DNA of 64,000 bases from an uncultured Flavobacteriaceae bacterium. Lineage in GTDB: Bacteria; Bacteroidota; Bacteroidia; Flavobacteriales; Weeksellaceae. A program made the translations under genes and the position numbers. The notes beneath the pieces were generated by a model. It ran no database searches. It saw nothing but the letters and a program-made list of their open reading frames with translations, and was not told the DNA's origin. Every line of letters starts with the position of its first letter. Position 1 is the first letter of the stretch. Below are positions 21,079 through 29,577 of the stretch, piece after piece. The stretch covers positions 3,315 through 67,314 of the forward strand of contig CAUQBR010000008.1 in the NCBI GenBank assembly GCA_963516475.1, written 5' to 3'.

Positions 21079-21598
21079 TTATTCATTTATCAATTTACTT
21101 TCTTTGAAAATTTTACTCCACTTTTTTACAAACTTTTGGGAAAGTGTTTTTTCTTTTATCATAACAAAAACATTATGAATATCATCTTCTCCTTGTATCA
21201 CATATACTAATTGAGCTTCAAGGTTTGATTTTTTAGAAACAGATGGTGCTTCTATCTTGAAAAGCGCCCAAATATTTTCTACTCCATCATTTTTTCTAAA
21301 ATTGTAAGTTTCGCTGAAGGTTCCTCCTTCAAAAAAATTTCTTCATAAGATTTTATAATAATATCTATATTAGGAGCTTTCGTCTTTTTATAAGAAACCA
21401 AACTTCCTAATATAGTCCAGTTATCCATAGTTTCGTTTTCGGGAACAAACACCACAAAGCGAGTCTTTTCATCTTCTATATCTAAAGCTTTTTTAATTTT
21501 ATATTCCTCTGACCAGTTTATTTTTAAGACCTCTTTTTTCTCCTGTCCGAAAAACATCTGGAAACACAGCAAAACAAACACAAATCCCGCTTTTTCAT
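21079..21598 (-). pseudogene. paralog 3 of the secreted-protein family, disrupted by two -1 frameshifts in poly-A runs
   Basis: ATG at 21598 followed by A5 puts the signal peptide out of frame; A6 would give MKKAGFVFVLLCFQMFFGQ. Track ORF 21279-21581 stops at ..ILEKMME. The homologous C-terminus (NDGVENIWALFKIE...VKKWSKIFKESKLINE, stop 21079) continues in another frame after the A6 run at 21290-21295. Confidence 0.6.
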
Positions 21599-21649
21599 CT
21601 TTTAAAAAAATAAATCTACCTTATTCTTGCATAGATAATGAATAATCGC

Positions 21650-21688
21650 AAAAAAACAAAAATCTGAGAACATGAAAATTCTCAGATT
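21650..21688 (-). terminator. rho-independent terminator after purH
   Basis: Stem AATCTGAGAA (21661-21670) / TTCTCAGATT (21679-21688), then TTTGTTTTTT on the minus strand. Confidence 0.75.
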
Positions 21689-21703
21689 TATAAAATATGT
21701 TTT

Positions 21704-23218
21704 TTAGTGTAAAAAATGTCTCATTCCAGTGAGCAGCATTGGGATGCCGTGTTGATTGGCTGCCTCTATGCTTTCTTCATCCTTGATGCTTCCGCCTGGC
21801 TGTATAATGGCTTTTATGTCTTTTTCAGCACAGAAATCCACCACATCACGGAACGGGAAAAAGGCATCCGAAGCCAGAACCAGCTCTCCGCTGAATTTCT
21901 CTTTGGCTCTTTCCACCGCTTGCTGTGTTGCCCAGATTCTATTCACCTGTCCGCCACCGATTCCCAGTGCCTGCGTTCCGTTAGAAACTACTATCGCATT
22001 GGATTTCACATATTTCACTACTCGTTGTGCAAAGAGCAGGGCTTTTCTCTGTTCCTCTGTTGGCTGTTTTTCGGTTACAGCTTTTATTTCCTCCGAGAAC
22101 TGATTGTCACAGTCCTGCACCAGCAGTCCGCCATCTATTTTCACCCAAGTTTGTTTGTCCGAAACAGGGTTTTTGATTTTAATAATTCTAAGATTTTTCT
22201 TATGTCTAAGGATTTCCAGCGCTTTTTCCTCAAAATCTACCGCCATCACGATTTCAAGGAAAGTTTTCCCAAGTTCCTCCGCTGTGGCAGCATCCACCTT
22301 GTAGTTCATCGCCACAATGCCTCCGAAGATAGAAATAGGGTCACACTCAAAGGTTTTAGTGTAAGTTTCCACCGCTGTATTTCCGATGGCTACACCGCAT
22401 GGCGTAGAGTGTTTTACGGCGCAGCACGCCATTTCGTTTTTGAATTCATTTACTACTTTCCAGCACAAATCCATATCGCGAAGATTATTGAACGAAAGTT
22501 CCTTTCCTCCAAGCTGTTCGAAATCTTTCATCGCTCCGTTTTCCACTGTCGAAACATAATACGCTGCGGACTGGTGCGGATTTTCGCCATATCGTAAATC
22601 CGAAACTTTCTTATAAGAAGCGTTCAGATACTGCGGATATTCCTCCTCCAAAAGCATTTTGGAAATAGCCGCATCATAGGCAGAAGTAAGGTTAAACACC
22701 TTTCCTGCAAGGGTTTTACGAGTTTCCAAAGTCGTATCGCCCGAAGTTTCTATTTCAGATTTTACTTTCTCATAATCTTCCACATTGGTAATAACTGTCA
22801 CAGATTTAAAATTCTTTGCTGCTGAACGAAGCATAGACGGCCCTCCTATATCGATAAACTCCACCTTTTCATCCAAAGGAATATTCTTCCCTGCATTTTC
22901 AAAAAATGGGTAAAGATTCACCACCACCATGTCTATCAGCTCTATTCCGTGTTCGGCTACTGTATCCATGTGCTCTTTATTATCACGCACAGCGAGAAGT
23001 CCTCCATGCACTTTTGGGTGAAGGGTTTTTACCCTGCCGTCCAGCATTTCTGGGAAATTCGTAACTTCATCTATCTGAATAGGACTAAGCCCAGCATCTT
23101 TCAGATGTTTGAAAGTCCCGCCTGTGGAGATAAGTTGGTAATTGTTTTTTTCTAAGAACTGAGCGAATTCTGTAAGTCCGCTCTTGTCCGAAACGCTGAT
23201 TAAGACTCTTTTTTTCAT
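21704..23218 (-). CDS. purH: bifunctional AICAR transformylase / IMP cyclohydrolase
   Basis: N-terminal MGS-like domain (ALISVSDK-type, [10 protein letters not shown]) and a C-terminal AICARFT domain. 504 aa. Confidence 0.96.
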   Translation of the reverse strand: MKKRVLISVSDKSGLTEFAQFLEKNNYQLISTGGTFKHLKDAGLSPIQIDEVTNFPEMLDGRVKTLHPKVHGGLLAVRDNKEHMDTVAEHGIELIDMVVVNLYPFFENAGKNIPLDEKVEFIDIGGPSMLRSAAKNFKSVTVITNVEDYEKVKSEIETSGDTTLETRKTLAGKVFNLTSAYDAAISKMLLEEEYPQYLNASYKKVSDLRYGENPHQSAAYYVSTVENGAMKDFEQLGGKELSFNNLRDMDLCWKVVNEFKNEMACCAVKHSTPCGVAIGNTAVETYTKTFECDPISIFGGIVAMNYKVDAATAEELGKTFLEIVMAVDFEEKALEILRHKKNLRIIKIKNPVSDKQTWVKIDGGLLVQDCDNQFSEEIKAVTEKQPTEEQRKALLFAQRVVKYVKSNAIVVSNGTQALGIGGGQVNRIWATQQAVERAKEKFSGELVLASDAFFPFRDVVDFCAEKDIKAIIQPGGSIKDEESIEAANQHGIPMLLTGMRHFLH

Positions 23219-23236
23219 AGTTAAATTTAAGTTTCA

Positions 23237-23244
23237 CAAAATTA
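23237..23244 (-). promoter_or_regulatory. candidate -7 box (TAnnTTTG) for purH
   Basis: Minus-strand TAATTTTG lies 19 nt upstream of the purH ATG (23218). Confidence 0.45.
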
Positions 23245-23315
23245 AAAATAATAATTGGTTAATGTGAGTTTTAGAATTAAATATTCATATTTTTACAAAT
23301 AAAATTTTAATTAAA

Positions 23316-23669
23316 ATGCTTATCAACCTAAAAAGAGTTTATGAAATCCCTGATGAAACCGATGGTTTCCGTGTGCTGTCTGACCGCCTTTGGCCTCGCG
23401 GTATCAAAAAAGAAGAGTTGGAGTTTGATTTTTGGGCAAAAGAAATCGCTCCTTCCACACTTCTACGAAAAACCTATCACCAGACGCAGGATTTTGATAC
23501 TTTTAGCCACGATTACCGAAACGAGCTGGAACAAAACACCGCCGTAGATACCTTTTTAGAGCTTATTCATGACAAAAAAGCCCTTACCCTCCTTACCGCT
23601 GCCAAGGAAATAGAGAAATGCCACTTGCCAATTCTCAAAGATTTTCTGCTTTCCAAATTACCCAATTAA
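23316..23669 (+). CDS. DUF488 domain-containing protein
   Basis: KRVYE..DGFRVL.DRLWPRG and FD.W.KE.APS motifs, characteristic of DUF488. Confidence 0.7.
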   Translation: MLINLKRVYEIPDETDGFRVLSDRLWPRGIKKEELEFDFWAKEIAPSTLLRKTYHQTQDFDTFSHDYRNELEQNTAVDTFLELIHDKKALTLLTAAKEIEKCHLPILKDFLLSKLPN

Positions 23670-23682
23670 ACTTTATAAAAAT

Positions 23683-23715
23683 TCCCTTCTCTATTTCAGA
23701 AAAGGGATATTTTTT
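23683..23715 (+). terminator. terminator after the DUF488 gene
   Basis: Stem TCCCTT (23683-23688) / AAGGGA (23702-23707), followed by ATATTTTTT. Confidence 0.5.
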
Positions 23716-23867
23716 AGCTTTATAAACTTTTTATTTGCGCAACTAATCTTTCTGCATGGGTTTTGACTTTCCTGTTGTAGTTTTGTGGAAGAATAACCAG
23801 TCTTTCCCTTTGAATGGTGCTCTTTTCATATAGTAAAAAGAGAGCTATTAAATTTGTTTTAGCTTTT

Positions 23868-24566
23868 TTATTTAAAGAATAAATCTTCTTTTATCATCCA
23901 TGTTTTAGTAAAATAGAAACTCATTAGATTAAAAATAAATACTAAAATAATAATTACTATTGCTGTATTTATAATCTGCTCGAATAATCTGCTGTACTTT
24001 TGTCTGATTTTCTCAAGTTTACTTATGAATTCCTCTCCACAATTATTGATAATGGCTATATTGAACAAAAATATTGGAAACTGACTGATTAAAATCCAAA
24101 TAGTAAAGGCTATGATGGTAACTATCAGGTTTCCATTATGCCCACATAGTACAACTAAAGATATAAAAGCGGGATCAGGAAAGGCGGATAAGGTAAAAAG
24201 AAGTCCCGTGACAAACATATCCATCTGTGACCAGCCTGATGAGGTTTTTATTTCTTTCTTTTTATTATTTTCCGAAGTTAATCTCTTTATTAGCCAATAA
24301 GATAGACCTAAAATTAATAATATATTCAATACTACCCAGACATAATTAGGAAGGAGACCAAAAAATTTGGAGAGGAAAGAGATATTATTCCCCAAAAAGA
24401 CAGACATAAATGTTCCGCTAATAATGCTTCCAAATAAAACGGTAAGTGTGAAAGTTGTAATAGCTTTTTTATCAGCATTTGCTGACAAGGCTCCTATTAT
24501 AATAGGAATCCCAAGTGGGTCAAATCCTGTAATTCCTAAAACAACAGCTGAAAATAATAACTTCAT
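23868..24566 (-). CDS. multi-pass membrane protein (possibly GAP/Sap-like family)
   Basis: About 6 hydrophobic helices. N-terminal GFDPLGIPIIIGAL motif. Family guess is low confidence. Confidence 0.5.
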   Translation of the reverse strand: MKLLFSAVVLGITGFDPLGIPIIIGALSANADKKAITTFTLTVLFGSIISGTFMSVFLGNNISFLSKFFGLLPNYVWVVLNILLILGLSYWLIKRLTSENNKKKEIKTSSGWSQMDMFVTGLLFTLSAFPDPAFISLVVLCGHNGNLIVTIIAFTIWILISQFPIFLFNIAIINNCGEEFISKLEKIRQKYSRLFEQIINTAIVIIILVFIFNLMSFYFTKTWMIKEDLFFK

Positions 24567-24675
24567 ATGGAAACGATAAGGTGATAAAATTAATATTTTC
24601 CTTAATTTTCAAACTCCTTCAATTTGATAATAATATTGAAAGACAAGGCTCTTTTGGCTTTGATATTTACTATTT

Positions 24676-25440
24676 TTATTTTACTATCATGCTTTCCCAG
24701 CCGTCATAGTAGGCGTCATAATTATCAGCCAGTTCTTTCAGCTCCCAGACTATCTCATCTATTTCATGTGGACAATCTTGTCTTACAATATGCAGCTGAA
24801 AATGGTAAGAATCCCCCTCTTCTATAAAATCCTCCGAAACCACTTTGTAGCCTTTTCTTATTACTTTTTCCACATATTCTGCTCGGCTCTGTTCATTATC
24901 AAAATAAATCCAATGGTCTATTTCTCGCGGGGCATCTAGGTTATCCCCATTTTCTTCCAACTGCATCACTACTTTTCTATTTTGCATAGACTGGTAAGAG
25001 TATGGGTCTGGGAATAGGAATTCAAAATAATCCTTCCATTCTGGGTCTTCCTCGAAATAGCTCTTATACTGATACCCCTCAAAAGCAGCCAACTCATCTA
25101 CACAAGCCTCTGAAAGCCCCTCAGAAAGATTGGTATAATAGATAAGTTCTAGAATTCCACCTGATTTCACAGCTCCTGCTGAGATGGCTCCCATCTGTTC
25201 CATTTTATCTGATATAGCATCCTCTATATCACACAAAATAGGATATTCCTCATTAGAAGACATACCCTCTGGTGTTGGGTTTTTCATTTTAATGAGAAAG
25301 TTCAAGCGGTATTTATATCCCTCAACTGGAGCTATCTGTCTTAGGGCTAAATTCACTCTTACAGAGGCTGGTTTTCCCTCAACTCGGCAGAAAAAGAAAT
25401 CCCAATTTTGTGGAACTTCATAGTTACTATTTATACTCAT
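24676..25440 (-). CDS. DUF695-like N-terminal domain fused to an RraB-like (regulator of ribonuclease activity B) domain
   Basis: The N-terminus WDFFFCRVEGKPASVRVNLAL...YKYRL resembles DUF695. The C-terminus REIDHWIYFDNEQSRAEYVEKVIRKGYKV resembles RraB-like proteins. No signal peptide. Confidence 0.5.
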   Translation of the reverse strand: MSINSNYEVPQNWDFFFCRVEGKPASVRVNLALRQIAPVEGYKYRLNFLIKMKNPTPEGMSSNEEYPILCDIEDAISDKMEQMGAISAGAVKSGGILELIYYTNLSEGLSEACVDELAAFEGYQYKSYFEEDPEWKDYFEFLFPDPYSYQSMQNRKVVMQLEENGDNLDAPREIDHWIYFDNEQSRAEYVEKVIRKGYKVVSEDFIEEGDSYHFQLHIVRQDCPHEIDEIVWELKELADNYDAYYDGWESMIVK

Positions 25441-25488
25441 GTTTTTATTTTTTTGCTAAAATTACATTTTTTTTGTATTTTATGCAAA

Positions 25489-25917
25489 TCAAATATAACT
25501 GACCCACATATCTGTCCTTCCTCCTTTCCTATCAAAAGCGGCTCCTACCTCTCCCCAGACAAACTCCCACTCTTCCCCTATGTGTGCCGTAAGCCATTTT
25601 TTATATAATTTTTCGGTTTGGAGCTCGTATTCCTCTGTCCAGTTTTCCCAGGGTGTATATCTTTCTTTCATAGAAAAAAATATCGTTTCGAGTTTTTCTC
25701 CTTCGAAACAAATAGAAACATCAAACTCTTTTCCCTCAAAAGGACATTTTTCAAAATAAATCCAATAAAACCCCGTCCCCACATCCCAAATATCATTATT
25801 AGGAAACAGCTCTCTGAGCTCAGAAAAAGTAGTTTTAGAAGAAATCACTACACCGTTTATAAGGAAAAAATCTCCATTCTCAGTATCTAAAAATGATATG
25901 GATTTTGTGCTGTTCAT
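25489..25917 (-). CDS. small cytoplasmic Trp/Glu-rich protein of unknown function (immunity-protein-like)
   Basis: 142 aa with no signal peptide, aromatic- and acid-rich, C-terminal WGEVGAAFDRKGG..MWVSY. Context is next to the SUKH-like gene. Confidence 0.45.
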   Translation of the reverse strand: MNSTKSISFLDTENGDFFLINGVVISSKTTFSELRELFPNNDIWDVGTGFYWIYFEKCPFEGKEFDVSICFEGEKLETIFFSMKERYTPWENWTEEYELQTEKLYKKWLTAHIGEEWEFVWGEVGAAFDRKGGRTDMWVSYI

Positions 25918-25957
25918 TTTTTATTAAAATTCTTTTTATGACTATTTTTCTCAAATC

Positions 25958-26602
25958 TTACATTTCCTCTCCTACATCTTTTAAAAAATCATCCATCGCC
26001 TCAAAGGAATTTTCCGATGAAGATGCATACACCAGCTGCTCACCTCCATCTAAAACCACTATGCTGTCAGTAGCCCCACCATAGAACTCCACTCCTTGCA
26101 ACCAATGGCGTATAGCGAAAGGCTTTTTGGGAAAATGGGCTTTTATAGCAGCCAAATCTTCGGAAGTAATGAATTTAAATCCTTCATAAGTATAAGGCAA
26201 AGCAAATACCGCCTGTAAGTGAGCCATAGCCAACAAAAATTCAGATAATGTATCGCATTCCACCTGCCATTCTTTTTGGTTATAGCTAACATATACTTTG
26301 GGATTTTCTTCGCCTAAATCTCCCTTTGCAATTGCCCATAAACAACAATTTTGATTTTCTGCATAAAAAACAAAATAGTCTGGATGATTGAAAAGAGTAA
26401 GATTAGATTTAGGTGTTATCAAATTATCTTGCGTTTGGTTCAGAGCCTGATGCTTTCCCAAAGTCGTATAATAATCATATAACAGCTGTGGCATCTGCTC
26501 CACTACACTAAAAAACGGCTGCATTTCAGCTTCTGTAAAACCACAATCCTCCTCTATACCAAAGAGCGTTCGGATTTGGGTAAATGTATTTTCTTTATTC
26601 AT
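25958..26602 (-). CDS. SMI1/KNR4 (SUKH-1)-like immunity-type protein
   Basis: About 214 aa from ATG 26602 (MNKENTF...). N-terminal helical segment with LP/LY motif (MPQLLYDYYTTLG) and a central FVFYAENQNCCLWAI core. Start chosen 5 nt after the upstream stop. Confidence 0.5.
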   Translation of the reverse strand: MNKENTFTQIRTLFGIEEDCGFTEAEMQPFFSVVEQMPQLLYDYYTTLGKHQALNQTQDNLITPKSNLTLFNHPDYFVFYAENQNCCLWAIAKGDLGEENPKVYVSYNQKEWQVECDTLSEFLLAMAHLQAVFALPYTYEGFKFITSEDLAAIKAHFPKKPFAIRHWLQGVEFYGGATDSIVVLDGGEQLVYASSSENSFEAMDDFLKDVGEEM

Positions 26603-26607
26603 ATTAT

Positions 26608-27435
26608 TTATATAGGGTAATATTCTATTGTTCTTTCTACAATAAGGTTTGTGTAGCGTTTGGAGTATTCGATGCGTTTCTCTATCCAATTGCCGTGATT
26701 ATCATAGCGATAGGTGTATTTGCGAGTATAGACTTCGCCTTCTTTGTTGCTAATTCGCTCGAAAATTTCGTTGTTATGCTCATCGAAAGTGGTTTCAGTT
26801 ATTGAATAAGGTTCGGGGTCGCCTATATCCTGATGGGCAACATAAATTACATTGCCTTTTTCATCAAAACGAGTTATGGTAAACATAAAAGGCTTGCCAT
26901 TGGCTGAAAGATTGGTATTGACTTTTTCGGTATCGCTACGAAATTCAATAGAGTCGTGAAGAATCTTTTCTCCCGTAGTTATGTTTGTATGACAACGATC
27001 TATACATCTGCCTTGTGTATCATATTGGAGTTGTAAGAGATATTCGGCATCGGCTGTGCGGGAGTGCTGACTTATGTTATTACCGTGCGCATCGTATTCG
27101 AAAGTAACAGTTTTTTTCCATTTGCCATCTTCGTAGGTAATACATTCTACTTGCTGATGTAGGTCGTTATAGCGGTATTGTTTTTCCTCCCAGCAGTCGG
27201 TTAGCGCTTCATCTTCAGGGTCGTAGAGGTGAGAACTCAGGCGGTTGCCGTGGGAGTCGTAGGTAAAGAGGAAGTGGTATTCCTCGCCATAACAAGCCTC
27301 TACGAGCTTACCTTGCTCATTGAAAATGAGGGTTTCAGTATAGTCTTCTAAGAAGTATTCTTCGCCTTTTTGCCACTGACCATCTTCGGTGATGACAGCA
27401 GCATAACAACGCGATTCATCTCGTTTTATCTTCAT
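26608..27435 (-). CDS. signal-less mini YD-repeat protein
   Basis: Six YD-type repeats: FTYDSHGN, FEYDAHGN, QYDTQGR, RFDEKGN, TFDEHNN, YRYDNHGN. No signal peptide, no Rhs core end motif and no toxin tip. Visibly more GC-rich than its flanks. Confidence 0.6.
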   Translation of the reverse strand: MKIKRDESRCYAAVITEDGQWQKGEEYFLEDYTETLIFNEQGKLVEACYGEEYHFLFTYDSHGNRLSSHLYDPEDEALTDCWEEKQYRYNDLHQQVECITYEDGKWKKTVTFEYDAHGNNISQHSRTADAEYLLQLQYDTQGRCIDRCHTNITTGEKILHDSIEFRSDTEKVNTNLSANGKPFMFTITRFDEKGNVIYVAHQDIGDPEPYSITETTFDEHNNEIFERISNKEGEVYTRKYTYRYDNHGNWIEKRIEYSKRYTNLIVERTIEYYPI

Positions 27436-27452
27436 AGTATTAAATTTGCTAA

Positions 27453-27914
27453 TTAGTTAATTGCCGAATTACTTTTCATCATCTTGTATTTCTTTCTTTC
27501 TCCTTCAACAGTTGCTACTACTTTAAATCCAAGTTTTGTATAAAGACCTTTAGCCGAGGGGTTGTCGTCAAATACATTTAGGCTAATAGAATGAACTCTT
27601 TTATTCTCAAAAAGCATTGCGATAAATAACTGCATTGCTGAGGTGCCTAATCCTTTTCCTGTAAGCGAAGGATTGATAAGAAATCTACCGATATGTACGT
27701 TGCTCCCTTCTACTCTTATTTGCTGAATCATTCCTATAAAACTACCCTCTGTCTCAATACGAAAACAATGAGACAATGCATTGAGTGCTTCTATGGTAAG
27801 AGGATAGGGCAAAGCATCTCCTGCCCATTGTTGCAAGAAATCAGCACCTTTGCTATTTGTCCAGCGTATAATAGCCTCTCTATCTTCAGGCAATAACCCT
27901 TCAGTTATTTTCAT
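27453..27914 (-). CDS. GNAT family N-acetyltransferase
   Basis: Acetyl-CoA motif LTGKGLGTSAM and a C-terminal GLYTKLGF motif. 153 aa. Confidence 0.8.
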   Translation of the reverse strand: MKITEGLLPEDREAIIRWTNSKGADFLQQWAGDALPYPLTIEALNALSHCFRIETEGSFIGMIQQIRVEGSNVHIGRFLINPSLTGKGLGTSAMQLFIAMLFENKRVHSISLNVFDDNPSAKGLYTKLGFKVVATVEGERKKYKMMKSNSAIN

Positions 27915-27939
27915 TCATTTACTAAATTAAAATCTGTTT

Positions 27940-27947
27940 CAAAAATA
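27940..27947 (-). promoter_or_regulatory. candidate -7 box (TAnnTTTG) for the island operon
   Basis: Minus-strand TATTTTTG lies 26 nt upstream of the GNAT ATG (27914). Confidence 0.4.
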
Positions 27948-28009
27948 TTAAATTTATTTTCAATCAAAATAAAGGCTTACGGAGATTTGCATTTTTTCTA
28001 ATAAAACGA

Positions 28010-28017
28010 TACTTTTG
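28010..28017 (+). promoter_or_regulatory. candidate -7 box (TAnnTTTG) for the M28 peptidase gene
   Basis: TACTTTTG lies 28 nt upstream of ATG 28045. It overlaps the TTG start (28015) of the longer track ORF. Confidence 0.4.
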
Positions 28018-28044
28018 GACAAAAATCAATTAAATTATAAACCT

Positions 28045-29508
28045 ATGAAAAAAATTGTTTTTACTCTCCTCATGGGAATTCTCTGCCCTTCGCTGGGTGC
28101 GCAGAGTTACAAGAAGCCTTTGGTTTCGGCTATTAAGGAAAAAGACCTCCGCACAGACATGTACCAGATGGCAGCTGACCAGTTCTGGGGAAGAGAGGCA
28201 GGAACCCTTGATGAACTCAAAGTTTCTGTGTGGTTCGCAGACAAAATGAAAGAAGCAGGGATAAAACCCGCTGGGGACAACGGCACTTATTTACAGTTTT
28301 TTGATATGTACCGCCACCAGATTTCTCCACTCAGCTCGGTAAAAATCGGTGATAAAAACCTGAAAATATGGAAAGATATTTTGGTTTCTGATGTGGTAAA
28401 TGCTCATTTCTCTCTGCCCATCATCAGTGTAGGCGAGGTAGAACCAGAGCAGCTGACATCCCAAATTGCAGGAAAAGTAGTTGCTATCAATGTTTCTAAA
28501 AAAGGCATCGAGCAGGAAATGACCCTTTTCGAGAGAAGATACCCAAGATTCATCAAAGCTAAATATCTTGATTCAGTTAAAAAATTAGGTGCGAAAGGCA
28601 TCGTTTTCATTACGGATGAAATCTCTGACAAAAGCTGGATAGAAGTAGAACCAATGATGAAAAGAGGTGTCTACGGAGTGGAAGGACTTAATGAAAACAT
28701 CAAAGAAGATATTCCTGTTTTTTGGGTAAAAAAAGAAAACCAAAACTGGCTGAAAGGAAATCCACAAATTACCGTAAACTTACAAACAGAGACTTACAAA
28801 TATCCTTCTGTAAATATCATCGGAAAGATAGAAGGAACAGACCCAAAACTAAAAAATGAATATGTATTGCTCAGCGGACATCAGGACCATGATGGTATCC
28901 GCCACCCTGTGAAAAATGACACCATCTACAACGGTGCCGATGACAATGCCAGCACTTGTGTGGCTCTACTAGCAATGGGAAGAGCATACAGCAAACAGCC
29001 TGCAAAACGAAGCGTCTTGTTTGTAATTCATGGCGCTGAGGAAAGAGGACTCCTAGGGTCAAGATGGCATTCTGCGCATCCTGTAGTTCCGAGAGAAAAC
29101 ATCGTAGCCGTGCTGAACGGCGATATGATTGGAAGAAATGATATCAACGAAGCTGCTCTTCTCGGTGGTCAGTCTCCACACAAGAACTCTGATGATTTGG
29201 TAAGAATGGCGGAAGAAGCCAACCAAGAAAGCACTAAATTTAAGTTTTTGAAAGACTGGGATTTACCAGAGCATCCAGAGTTTTTCTATTTCCGAAGCGA
29301 CCACCTACCTTACGCAAGGCTTGGTATTCCAGCGGTATTTTTCACAAGTGTGCTGCACCACCAGTACCACCAGCCGCAGGACGAATCAGAAAACATAGAT
29401 TTCAAGAAACTTTACAAAATGACTGAATGGATGTACAGAACTTCTTGGAAAGTAGCCAATGAGCCACAAAGACCAAGACTTCTGCCCAATGTGAAATTTG
29501 AAAGATAA
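28045..29508 (+). CDS. M28 family metallopeptidase (aminopeptidase)
   Basis: Signal peptide from MKKIVFTLL. Metal-ligand motifs SGHQDH, GADDNAS, GAEERGLLGS and GDMIGR. Confidence 0.85.
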   Translation: MKKIVFTLLMGILCPSLGAQSYKKPLVSAIKEKDLRTDMYQMAADQFWGREAGTLDELKVSVWFADKMKEAGIKPAGDNGTYLQFFDMYRHQISPLSSVKIGDKNLKIWKDILVSDVVNAHFSLPIISVGEVEPEQLTSQIAGKVVAINVSKKGIEQEMTLFERRYPRFIKAKYLDSVKKLGAKGIVFITDEISDKSWIEVEPMMKRGVYGVEGLNENIKEDIPVFWVKKENQNWLKGNPQITVNLQTETYKYPSVNIIGKIEGTDPKLKNEYVLLSGHQDHDGIRHPVKNDTIYNGADDNASTCVALLAMGRAYSKQPAKRSVLFVIHGAEERGLLGSRWHSAHPVVPRENIVAVLNGDMIGRNDINEAALLGGQSPHKNSDDLVRMAEEANQESTKFKFLKDWDLPEHPEFFYFRSDHLPYARLGIPAVFFTSVLHHQYHQPQDESENIDFKKLYKMTEWMYRTSWKVANEPQRPRLLPNVKFER

Positions 29509-29520
29509 ATTCTAAAATAG

Positions 29521-29558
29521 TCCGCCTCCTTTTCTGAATGAAAAGAGGCGGATTTTTA
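29521..29558. terminator. bidirectional terminator between the M28 peptidase and SPFH genes
   Basis: Stem TCCGCCTCCTTTT (29521-29533) / AAAAGAGGCGGA (29541-29552) with one bulge, followed by TTTTT. Confidence 0.75.
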
Positions 29559-29577
29559 TTTAGTTTAAATTGGAAAA

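Noticed and set aside
21716-22597. 293-aa plus-strand ORF, together with 21756-22103 and 22104-22304.
   Set aside because: It lies entirely antisense to the well-supported purH gene and has a low-complexity, Cys/Phe/Ser-rich composition. This is a typical shadow ORF.
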